From Candidatus Saccharimonadota bacterium (GTDB taxonomy: Bacteria > Patescibacteriota > Saccharimonadia > Saccharimonadales > Saccharimonadaceae), in assembly GCA_024697865.1 (NCBI GenBank), contig JAILSC010000019.1:23526-87525 (forward strand): a DNA stretch of 64,000 nt, given 5' to 3'. The position numbers and the translations under genes were made by a program. Position 1 is the stretch's first letter; each line of letters opens with the position of its first letter. This document shows positions 46,736 to 55,091 of this stretch, in pieces. The notes under the pieces were generated by a model. The model saw nothing but the letters and a program-made list of their open reading frames with translations. It had not been told where the DNA came from and ran no database searches.

Positions 46736-46812
46736 AACAAAAATGGCGGAACCGTTTGCCCCTTGGGACGCTCCGGTGGAGCCGTTTTTGTGCAACAAAA
46801 ATGGCGGAACCG
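46736..46812. repeat. 19-bp direct repeat of the tRNA-Asp 3' end plus trailer, separated by a 39-bp insert (core family 2)
   Basis: AACAAAAATGGCGGAACCG at 46736-46754 and 46794-46812. Confidence 0.88.
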
Positions 46813-46878
46813 ACGAGACTCGAACTCGCGACCTCTGCCGTGACAGGGCAGCGCTCTAACCAACTGAGCTACGATTCC
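46802..46878 (-). tRNA. tRNA-Asp(GTC)
   Basis: Cloverleaf; CTGCC-CTGTCAC-GGCAG; CCA. Confidence 0.95.
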
Positions 46879-46928
46879 AGCACTTATATATTATATATCA
46901 TTTACCAAAATAAATCAACTATCAAAGA

Positions 46929-48743
46929 TTACATTCCCGGAATCTTAAACGCCCCTGGATCCATGGCCGGCTGATCTTGAACTACTGTCTGCGCATTTTC
47001 AGGCCCAGATGTATTTTCTACTACTGGACTCTCGACTGGAGCTGAAACCACATTAACCTCTGGCGCAGCTTCCGTCACCGGTACATTCATATCAATTGGC
47101 GGCGCCGGCGGTGGTGGTAAAACTTCGTCTCCGGGCATTGGCATATAATTTATTTGCGGCACTCCATTAATCTCCGGATTAGCCTCTACCGCTGGCGCGC
47201 TTACTGCTGCCGGGTTCTCAACTGGAGTTGGAGCGGTATTGCTCACGCCAGCCAAAGCATCTTCTAGCATTTGACCATATTTTTCAGTTTCACCTCCATT
47301 TGATAAATTATTCAGCATATCAGCAGGGGGTTGAATCACTTTTTCTGGTTTGTCGCTTATAAACTCACTGCCAGCAGTCTCAGTCACCGGAGCTTCAGCT
47401 AAAGCTTCAACCGGAACGGCTGGATTCTCTGCTGGAGTCACTACGCCTTCACCCATTACATTTGCATCTTGTGCCACCTCTTGTTTGACTTCTTCTGCTA
47501 CTTTCGGTAAGGATTCCGACTCTGTCGCACTATCTATTTTCAATGGTTCATTTTTTGCTTCTGGCGCAGTTTCTGCCCCTGCAGTAGCCAAACTCGCCTC
47601 TGCCGCCTTCAAGTCATCTAATAAAGAGGGGGCTTGTTCTTCTTTAGCGTTATCGCTCTCGGGCTGCGTTTCTTTTTTCGCTTCTGCTTCTGTCCCCTCA
47701 GCTACGGGCACTGCACCTTCTACCTCATCTTTCCCATCATGCTGAATATCTAATTTCGTAGGATCGCCATTCGTTTTAGGCTCGGTCTCTATCGTACCAA
47801 AACTACCTATATTCATCATTTCGTTTTCAACATCAGGCGTAATATTCTTCGACACTAATTGTTGATTCGCCCCCGAGTCCATTAATTTAGAAGCAATCTG
47901 CATTGTTTCAGATGTAGTCCCTGCACTTGAAAAACGGTTTGTTGCCGCCACAATACCCGTTAAGAAAGCCGTAGCCTCTTCTTTTTCAATTTTTACTTTA
48001 CTGTTCACGCTATACAACAATCTCGCTATCATCTCTGATACTGAGCTGGCCGTTTTATCGCTCCATTCAATTTCGCCTAACCTTCCTGGATTTCCTGTCG
48101 TAATATTAACGATCACTGCATCATGCATAATTCGTCCATGTTCTCTGAGCGCCGCATCCAAATCCACACCGTTCGCCACATCTAATGCTAATACTAAATC
48201 TACATTATAATCTCCGTACGAAAATTCCAAATCTTCTTCGGTAATCTTAGCTTTATATGGCGTAATATAAATCTTTACATAATCGCCATCTAATTTATAT
48301 CGCAGATGGTCTGCCTTATCTTTATTTAAAGCAATCACAAAATCCTGCAAAGTATCCGCCGAATTTTCAAAAGTTTCCTCTGGTTTCAAAAATTCCAAAG
48401 CATTCGGAGTTTGGCCTGAATAGATCGCTGTTGTTCGCTTACCCAATTTATCCAAATATAAAGAAAGACCAATTGCCGCCGCCATTTCGTCTACCGATGG
48501 GTCGCTAGATAAAGCCACTAATACATTTTGTGATTCGCTAATCTTTCGAGCTACTTCTGCTGGAATTTCAGTACTTACTGCCGGGGTTGTTCCTGCGTCC
48601 GTTGCCGGCACTACCGGTTCTACTACCGCACTATCAGCCACTGGAGCAGTGTCCGTCGTCGAAGTATTTGGCGCTGCCACCGTAGGCAAAGTCGGTGTTC
48701 CAACGTTCATTGGATCAGTGGTTGTGTTTGTTTCTTCAGGCAT
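46929..48743 (-). CDS. DHH-phosphoesterase-like fold (degenerate motifs) with long acidic Pro/Ala-rich extensions
   Basis: VLVALSSDPSVD..AAAIGL, SSVSEMI, ATAFLTGIVAATNRF; start MPEETN at 48743. Confidence 0.7.
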   Translation of the reverse strand: MPEETNTTTDPMNVGTPTLPTVAAPNTSTTDTAPVADSAVVEPVVPATDAGTTPAVSTEIPAEVARKISESQNVLVALSSDPSVDEMAAAIGLSLYLDKLGKRTTAIYSGQTPNALEFLKPEETFENSADTLQDFVIALNKDKADHLRYKLDGDYVKIYITPYKAKITEEDLEFSYGDYNVDLVLALDVANGVDLDAALREHGRIMHDAVIVNITTGNPGRLGEIEWSDKTASSVSEMIARLLYSVNSKVKIEKEEATAFLTGIVAATNRFSSAGTTSETMQIASKLMDSGANQQLVSKNITPDVENEMMNIGSFGTIETEPKTNGDPTKLDIQHDGKDEVEGAVPVAEGTEAEAKKETQPESDNAKEEQAPSLLDDLKAAEASLATAGAETAPEAKNEPLKIDSATESESLPKVAEEVKQEVAQDANVMGEGVVTPAENPAVPVEALAEAPVTETAGSEFISDKPEKVIQPPADMLNNLSNGGETEKYGQMLEDALAGVSNTAPTPVENPAAVSAPAVEANPEINGVPQINYMPMPGDEVLPPPPAPPIDMNVPVTEAAPEVNVVSAPVESPVVENTSGPENAQTVVQDQPAMDPGAFKIPGM

Positions 48744-48890
48744 GTTCTTCCTTTCTAACCAAATCTTACCATAAGCCTTTAGAAAAAGCAAGCGTCCTTT
48801 TCAGATTATTCCAGATTCCCCCTTTACTTTTTCAGAGAAAAGCGTTATAATAGTAATAAGTTATTAATTTTTAATTCAAATAGGAAGAAA

Positions 48891-49241
48891 ATGCCGATTA
48901 TTAAATCTGCCAAAAAGGCTGCTCGTCAAGCGGAAAAGCGCACCGAGCACAATAAAGGAATCAAGAAAGATATCAAGGCCGCTCTTAAGGCTTTCAAGGC
49001 TAAGCCTTCTGCTGAGACTTTAGCCAAGGCTCAATCTGAATACGATAAGGCCGTTAAGAAAAATCTACTTAAGAAAAATACTGCTTCTCGTCGCAAAGCT
49101 AAATTGCATCAGATGGCTAAGGCTGCCGGCGTCAAATTAATAGCTGCTAAGAAACCAGCCGCTAAAGCTACTACCAAGAAGTCTACAACGAAGACAACCG
49201 CAGCAAAAACGCAGAAATCAACGTCCAAGGCTGCAAAGTAG
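48891..49241 (+). CDS. rpsT: 30S ribosomal protein S20 with a Lys/Thr/Ala-rich tail
   Basis: MPIIKSAKK..RQ..KR..HN, DKAVKK....KNTASRRKA.L. Confidence 0.95.
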   Translation: MPIIKSAKKAARQAEKRTEHNKGIKKDIKAALKAFKAKPSAETLAKAQSEYDKAVKKNLLKKNTASRRKAKLHQMAKAAGVKLIAAKKPAAKATTKKSTTKTTAAKTQKSTSKAAK

Positions 49242-49791
49242 ATTCTTGCTTCAATTGCATATCGAGTTTAGAGAGTTCTTTTAAGGCTCTCTTTTCTTTT
49301 GTTCCTGCCCGCACTGCATAGTCTCGCAAAGCTTGACTCACCATTAAACCCAAAAACATCATCGGATCTTGTTTCGATTCTATTTCCTGTAGCATTTTTA
49401 CCGCCTTCTTACCGTCAATTTTTGCTGTTTTATAAACCTCGAATACCAACCCTGCATTTCGATCTCTCGGCATTGTAAATTCTCGAAATTCTACTCTGTC
49501 TTTCAATGATTTATATACCGCCGACCTTTTGTCTATTTTGCTTTCCAAAATCACCACCTTATGCGGCGTATCTAAATATTTTTCAATCTCACTGTAAACT
49601 TCTTTATTGTCAGCTAAATCTCGAATCAAAATCGTTCGTTCTTCTGCAAACAGTGAACTCCCCTTTAACAAACTCGGCAAATCCGTCGTCTTTAGATTGA
49701 CTCCCTCCACTATCTCATATTTATCGCCTAAAAATTTTTTAATCTCGGCCCCAGCTTGCATTCGGTTCTCGCCATAAAATATCTTAATCAT
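49183..49791 (-). CDS. holA: DNA polymerase III delta-subunit-like protein (short)
   Basis: MIKIFYGEN, SLFAEERTILIR, KIDKRS...K.L, L..LD..LK; shorter than a typical HolA. Confidence 0.6.
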   Translation of the reverse strand: MIKIFYGENRMQAGAEIKKFLGDKYEIVEGVNLKTTDLPSLLKGSSLFAEERTILIRDLADNKEVYSEIEKYLDTPHKVVILESKIDKRSAVYKSLKDRVEFREFTMPRDRNAGLVFEVYKTAKIDGKKAVKMLQEIESKQDPMMFLGLMVSQALRDYAVRAGTKEKRALKELSKLDMQLKQESTLQPWTLISAFLLRLSSL

Positions 49792-50632
49792 GTTCCTCCT
49801 TCTGACATTTTGGACAAAAATGCGTTCCTCGCCCGCCCACCTTTATCTTTACAATTTCCGTACCGCATCTTTCACACGGCTCTCCATCTCGTTGATATAC
49901 CTTCGCAAATAAATCCAAATAATTTCCTCGCGTGCCATCAGCTTTTACATAATTTCGCATCGTTGACCCACCTAACTCAATCGACTTATCCATTACCCGG
50001 CTAGCCGCTTCAAGTAACGTTGCTGCTTCTTTTTTGCTCAAATCTCCCGCCTTTCTGGCCGGATGAATTTTGGCCTGGTAGAGCGCTTCATCCGCATAAA
50101 TATTCCCTAGTCCCGATATCACTGTCTGGTCCAAGATCACTGATTTAACCGCAGAATTCTTTCGTCGTTGCAATTTCTGATATAATTCTTCACTCGTCAT
50201 CTTCCATGGTTCTTTGGCTAATTTTCGGATAAAGGCATCTTCCTCCACTTCAGCGGTCGGCAGCACTTTGATAAAGCCAAACTTCCGCTGATCGTTAAAA
50301 TAAAGGGTCCCATTTTCAAATTCTAAAATTACTCGCGTCTGTTTATTTGGTAACTTTGCCACAAAGTTCTCATTCGGATGTCCCGCCGCATAGCGTTCAG
50401 CGCCATCAAATATTAATTGTCCCGTCATCCTTAAATGCACCATCAAAGACCAGCCATTATCTAGATCAATCACTAAGGCTTTGCCAAATCTACGGATATC
50501 ACATACTGTTCCACACACCGGCTCGCCAATAAAAGACTTCTCGCACAATACTTTCACTTGCTTTATTTTCGCGTTCAAAATAAAGTCTTTTAATCCTCTC
50601 CTCACTGTCTCTACTTCCGGCAATTCTGGCAT
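49784..50632 (-). CDS. mutM: Formamidopyrimidine-DNA glycosylase
   Basis: MPELPEVETV, HLRMTG, D.RKFG, GLGNIYADE, CxxC...GRGTHFCPKCQ. Confidence 0.97.
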   Translation of the reverse strand: MPELPEVETVRRGLKDFILNAKIKQVKVLCEKSFIGEPVCGTVCDIRRFGKALVIDLDNGWSLMVHLRMTGQLIFDGAERYAAGHPNENFVAKLPNKQTRVILEFENGTLYFNDQRKFGFIKVLPTAEVEEDAFIRKLAKEPWKMTSEELYQKLQRRKNSAVKSVILDQTVISGLGNIYADEALYQAKIHPARKAGDLSKKEAATLLEAASRVMDKSIELGGSTMRNYVKADGTRGNYLDLFAKVYQRDGEPCERCGTEIVKIKVGGRGTHFCPKCQKEEHD

Positions 50633-50671
50633 ATCTCTATTTTATCATACGTCAATGAGTTTTCCACAAGT

Positions 50672-50727
50672 AATCCATATTTAGTGTTAAAAACCTACTT
50701 GACGCCACCATATGTAGCGCCTATAAT
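50672..50727 (+). promoter_or_regulatory. Sigma70 promoter (TTGACG-17-TATAAT) overlapped by two NrdR-box-like sites
   Basis: AATCCATATTTAGTG (50672-50686) and CCACCATATGTAGCG (50705-50719) against the consensus acaCwAtATaTwGtg; 33 bp apart. Confidence 0.7.
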
Positions 50728-50781
50728 AGAATTCAGGTAATATTTATAAATCAATAAACTAAACAGAAAGGTCTACGAACC

Positions 50782-51222
50782 ATGAAAAACATCATCTACC
50801 GCAATCCCTCAGACGCCGAAAATTTCGACATCAAGAGATTCGTTAAATCGCTCGGAAGGTACGCTAAAATTACTGAAAAGGAAGCTAAAGAAGCTCTTGT
50901 AGACTTTGATCATTACGATATTTTACATGTTTCTTGTTTAGTAGAAGTTGGCACCAAGCTCATCGCTAAAAAAGCTGGCCAAGAAGCTGCTGAAGATTAT
51001 TTCAATCAACACGTTGAATATTTCGACGAAGGCAAGTTCGAACGCTTGCGCCGTATCACTGGCTACCTGGTTGGGACTCTGGACCGCTGGAACGACGCTA
51101 AAAAGGCCGAAGAACACGCTCGCGTCAAACACTCCGTTAACTCTTCTATTAACGACGCTGAACGCCTTGCCGCACTAGAAACTCAGGCTATGTCCCACAA
51201 CATCGCCTACGCTAGAGCTTAA
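50782..51222 (+). CDS. Small free-standing NrdD C-terminal (glycyl radical) domain protein
   Basis: FERLRRITGYLVG..DRWND.K..E...RVKH, the NrdD C-terminal motif, in only 146 aa. Confidence 0.8.
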   Translation: MKNIIYRNPSDAENFDIKRFVKSLGRYAKITEKEAKEALVDFDHYDILHVSCLVEVGTKLIAKKAGQEAAEDYFNQHVEYFDEGKFERLRRITGYLVGTLDRWNDAKKAEEHARVKHSVNSSINDAERLAALETQAMSHNIAYARA

Positions 51223-51235
51223 CAGCTAAGTATTC

Positions 51236-51266
51236 AAAGAACCAGACTCATAATCTGGTTCTTTTT
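51236..51266. terminator. Bidirectional terminator
   Basis: AAAGAACCAGA-ctcataa-TCTGGTTCTTT. Confidence 0.75.
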
Positions 51267-51270
51267 AATT

Positions 51271-53670
51271 CTATAATTCTCCCCAATTATTACCGGTTGT
51301 AACCTCTACGGCAAGTTTTATTTCTAATTCTGGTGCCACCGACTCCATTTCTTTCTGCAAAATCTGAGCCACCCGTTCAGCCAATTTAGTTTCGCACTCT
51401 ACAATTAAAGAGTCGTGTACTTGCATTACTAATTCCGCTCCAGCAGGCAACACTGCGGCCACTTTAATCATCGCCCGTTTCATTAGATCCGCCTCCGTTC
51501 CCTGAATTGGCATATTTTGTGCCGCTCTCTCCGCTGCTTGGCGAATCACAAAATTAGTCGACTTTACGTCCGGTGTTGGCCGTCTTCGGCCATAGTAAGT
51601 CTCCACGTACCCATTTTCTCGCGCTTGTTTTAAGGTTGCGTCCAAATACTTCTTGATTGGCGCTCTTAGCTCAAAATAATTATCAATAAATTCTTTAGCT
51701 TGCCCAATTGGCATCTTTGCTGCATCCGCTAAGCCTTTTACGCTCATGCCATAAAGTATGCCAAAATTAATCACTTTTGCTGCTCGACGCTGCGCTTTCG
51801 TTACTTTGTTCAGTGATACATCAAACGCTTCCGCCGCAGTCTTAGTGTGAATGTCTATTCCTTTATTGAAATCCTCTATTAATGCTTGGTCACCAGCTAG
51901 TACTGCCGCTAGCCTCAATTCGAACTGCGAATAATCCGCCGAAACCAATACTTTCCCAGCAGGCGCTACAAAGCCCGTCCGAATTCGTTTTCCTTCTTCC
52001 GTCCTCACCGGAATATTTTGCAAATTCGGGTCCTTTGATGACAACCGTCCCGTTGCCGTTACATTCTGCGTAAAGGTCGTATGAATTCGCCCCTTCTCGT
52101 CTGCCAATTCCGGCATCGGCGTGATGTAAGTCGATAATAATTTCGCAGCTTCTCGGTATTCCATTAATTTCGGGATCACTAGATGCAAATCTTTTAGTTT
52201 TTGAAGTTCCTTCGCTCCGGTGGAATATCCCCTAGTAGTTTTTTTGATTCCCTTTACTGGCAACCGAAGATCCACAAATAACACTTCCGATAACTGCACC
52301 GGTGAATTTACGTTAAATTCTTTACCCGCTAAGTCCCATATTTCTCGCTCTAATCGCCCCACCTCTTCCGTATATTCTTTCTTCAAATTCTCAAAATACT
52401 TTCGGTCAATCAACATCCCCTTCTTTTCCATCTTGTAGAGTACCGGTATCAGCGGCAAATCAAACTCCTTATAGACTTGATAAAGTCTCGGCATTTTTTC
52501 AAACTCTGCTTGTTGTCTTGTATAAGCCTCTGTTGTATCTGTCGCCTCAAACAATGTCGCCTGTTCCCGCTTTAGAGGATTCAATAAAAACCCTGCCTGG
52601 CCCACATCCCAAAACTTTTCACCTGCTAAAATCTTCTCCGCCACCTTCTCGTTATGATGCATTAATGATTTTACGTCATAATCGATAATTATAGCTGAGC
52701 TCAATTGCTTCTGATCCGAAAATTTGTGAGCCCTGCTGGGCTCACGAGAAGTGACTGAGCCCTGTGAAGACAGGCGCGAAGGAACGTGTCTCGGAGCAGG
52801 AGCTTCGAGCTCACTAAAATTAAATTTTCTAATTAATGAATTAAACTCTAACTTCTTTAGCCCATTAACTACTTTTTCAGGATCAAATTCAAAATCGGGA
52901 ATCTCGGCTAGCTTCACCGGCGCATCAAACATAATCTGCGCCAACTGACGTGACATATATGCTGATTCTTTTCCCTTAATCAATTTTTTCTGCACCGAGC
53001 CTTTAATTTCATCAATATGCGCATAAATCTCATCCAAATTCCCATATTCGTTCAGTAGTTTTGCTGCCGTCTTTTCTCCCACTCCTGGTACTCCCGGAAT
53101 ATTGTCTGATGCGTCTCCCTTCAAGGCCTTGAGATCTAAAAATTGTGATTTCGAAATCCCATATTTTTCTTCTACTTCTTTTACGTCAATTTGTTCAATG
53201 TTAGAAAACCCTTTCAAGATCCGCCACATGTGAGTGTTATTATCTACGATCTGCAACATATCTAAATCCGACGAAATAATATAGGTCTCCCAACCCCCAG
53301 CCTCATCCGCTTGTCGGCTCAAAGTACCGATAATATCGTCTGCTTCAAATTTTGACACTTCTATAAAGGCCCAACCCAAATCATTAATTAATTCTTCAAG
53401 GAGCGGTATTTGCGCGTAAAAATCATCACCTGGCTTTACTCGGCCCGCCTTATAATCGGCAAAAATCTTTCTCCGACTCTCCGCCGAATCTCGTGAATCC
53501 CACGCTACCACTACTTTAGTTGGCGCCAACCGTTTTACAATCTCCATTGCAATCGCTGCAAAACCATACACACCTCCCGTTGGCGTACCATCAGACAAAC
53601 TCAAAGCCCCCATCGCATAATATCCTCGATAAAATACCGATTTGCCGTCAATCAGTACTAATCGCTTCAT
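51271..53670 (-). CDS. polA: DNA polymerase I (5'-3' exonuclease plus polymerase, shortened middle domain) carrying an in-frame palindromic insert
   Basis: LIDGKS..YR.YYA, EADDIIG, GDASDNIPGV.G.GEKTA, TGRLSS..PNLQNIP, SADYSQFELR, AKVINFG..YG, QVHDSL. Confidence 0.97.
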   Translation of the reverse strand: MKRLVLIDGKSVFYRGYYAMGALSLSDGTPTGGVYGFAAIAMEIVKRLAPTKVVVAWDSRDSAESRRKIFADYKAGRVKPGDDFYAQIPLLEELINDLGWAFIEVSKFEADDIIGTLSRQADEAGGWETYIISSDLDMLQIVDNNTHMWRILKGFSNIEQIDVKEVEEKYGISKSQFLDLKALKGDASDNIPGVPGVGEKTAAKLLNEYGNLDEIYAHIDEIKGSVQKKLIKGKESAYMSRQLAQIMFDAPVKLAEIPDFEFDPEKVVNGLKKLEFNSLIRKFNFSELEAPAPRHVPSRLSSQGSVTSREPSRAHKFSDQKQLSSAIIIDYDVKSLMHHNEKVAEKILAGEKFWDVGQAGFLLNPLKREQATLFEATDTTEAYTRQQAEFEKMPRLYQVYKEFDLPLIPVLYKMEKKGMLIDRKYFENLKKEYTEEVGRLEREIWDLAGKEFNVNSPVQLSEVLFVDLRLPVKGIKKTTRGYSTGAKELQKLKDLHLVIPKLMEYREAAKLLSTYITPMPELADEKGRIHTTFTQNVTATGRLSSKDPNLQNIPVRTEEGKRIRTGFVAPAGKVLVSADYSQFELRLAAVLAGDQALIEDFNKGIDIHTKTAAEAFDVSLNKVTKAQRRAAKVINFGILYGMSVKGLADAAKMPIGQAKEFIDNYFELRAPIKKYLDATLKQARENGYVETYYGRRRPTPDVKSTNFVIRQAAERAAQNMPIQGTEADLMKRAMIKVAAVLPAGAELVMQVHDSLIVECETKLAERVAQILQKEMESVAPELEIKLAVEVTTGNNWGEL
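52696..52813. repeat. In-frame palindromic element (core family 1) in polA
   Basis: Imperfect arms 52696-52721/52789-52813 around a 65-bp core (52723-52787). Confidence 0.85.
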
Positions 53671-53682
53671 CGTTTATCCTCC

Positions 53683-54249
53683 TTAAAAATCAATCTTCTT
53701 CAGGACTTTGTTTACATCTGTTTCTAGCTCTTCAATCGTCCCATTGTTTAGCACATAATAATCTGCCGCCACAATTGGCCCACCTTTTTCTAAATTCTCA
53801 ATTTCTGAACGATCTCGCTCTCGAATGGCATTGGCGTCAAAAGCTCGTCCTGGACGTTTGGCTACTCTTTCATAACGTAAATTCTTATCCACTACCACTG
53901 CGAGAAAAGTCATACATCCCGGAAATTCATGTTTCAAGGTTTTATATTCTGTCCACGAATACACTCCGTCCAGAATAATCCGTTTCTGTCCTGCTGCGAT
54001 TAAATCCTGAGCCTCAGCAATTACTTGCCGCACTACCCAGTCTGCTCCCTCTGTTTCTCGAATCATCTCTCTAAATTCTTTTTCGCTTTCTCCGTCTTCC
54101 GTACGTTCTATTCCTCGTTTTTCCATTTCCTTATAAATCATTCCCCCGAAGTATACTTTGGGATAGCCTTCATCTGTCAAATGATCTACTACCACTGACT
54201 TTCCGCTTCCACTCATCCCCACAATTGCTAAAATCTTTACATTATCCAT
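53683..54249 (-). CDS. P-loop kinase (AAA_17 / dephospho-CoA kinase-like)
   Basis: AIVGMSGSGKS, ILDGV, R.ER...R.GR, ADY.VLNNGT.EEL. Confidence 0.75.
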   Translation of the reverse strand: MDNVKILAIVGMSGSGKSVVVDHLTDEGYPKVYFGGMIYKEMEKRGIERTEDGESEKEFREMIRETEGADWVVRQVIAEAQDLIAAGQKRIILDGVYSWTEYKTLKHEFPGCMTFLAVVVDKNLRYERVAKRPGRAFDANAIRERDRSEIENLEKGGPIVAADYYVLNNGTIEELETDVNKVLKKIDF

Positions 54250-54278
54250 ATAACAAGTATAGCATGTTATAATGGGGT

Positions 54279-55091
54279 ATGGCTAAATTTTTTACTACCA
54301 AAGATCCTTTAAATCAAATTATCGCCGAAACTTTAATTGATCATCAAATTTTAAATACTGAACATATTCTTACGGGTTGGACCAATATCGTGATTGAAGT
54401 CACTACCGATAAAGGCAGTTATTTTTTCCGTTTTCCGCGTAATCCTTTTTGGTCTAAGATGATTATCAAGGATGCTGCTGTTTGTAATTTCGTTGAGGGT
54501 AAAACCAGTTTCTACACTCCTCAAATGAAACTATGTTACGATTCTAAACGTCGCCCTTTTTCTATTCATCGGAAAATCGAAGGCTATTGCTTGGGGGATC
54601 GTATTTATCACCTTTCGCATACAGCCTTAACTGGCGCCGCTTACGATGTGGCGAAATTCATCAAAGAGCTTTCCAACATCAATTTACAAAATGCCCCTGA
54701 TAAAGTTAAATATCCTCTTTCGGATTTTTTAAAAGAGCTGGATTATCAACATTACGATCAACATATCGATTCTGATCACACCTATATCAAGCAAACCGAA
54801 AAACAAAATCTCGTTCATGGCGACCTAAATCTCGGCAATATTCTTTTAGATTCTAACGATAAAGTTATTGGCGTAATTGACTTCTGTTTTGCCGGTACCG
54901 GCAATCCTAACATGGACGTAGCGCGGATGCTTTCTCGCCCTGCTCCAACAGAGTTCACTGACACTTTACTCGGCCAATTCGAAGATACTATTGAGATCGC
55001 TCGTATGAAAGAAGCTTGGCAACACATTGACGCTGGCTATGCTAATCATATCCGCGCTAATTTCCCAGAAATCAATCTAAATCAGTTGTAA
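54279..55091 (+). CDS. Aminoglycoside phosphotransferase (APH)/choline-kinase-family protein
   Basis: GWTN, YFFRFPR, HGDLNLGNIL, GVIDF. Confidence 0.85.
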   Translation: MAKFFTTKDPLNQIIAETLIDHQILNTEHILTGWTNIVIEVTTDKGSYFFRFPRNPFWSKMIIKDAAVCNFVEGKTSFYTPQMKLCYDSKRRPFSIHRKIEGYCLGDRIYHLSHTALTGAAYDVAKFIKELSNINLQNAPDKVKYPLSDFLKELDYQHYDQHIDSDHTYIKQTEKQNLVHGDLNLGNILLDSNDKVIGVIDFCFAGTGNPNMDVARMLSRPAPTEFTDTLLGQFEDTIEIARMKEAWQHIDAGYANHIRANFPEINLNQL

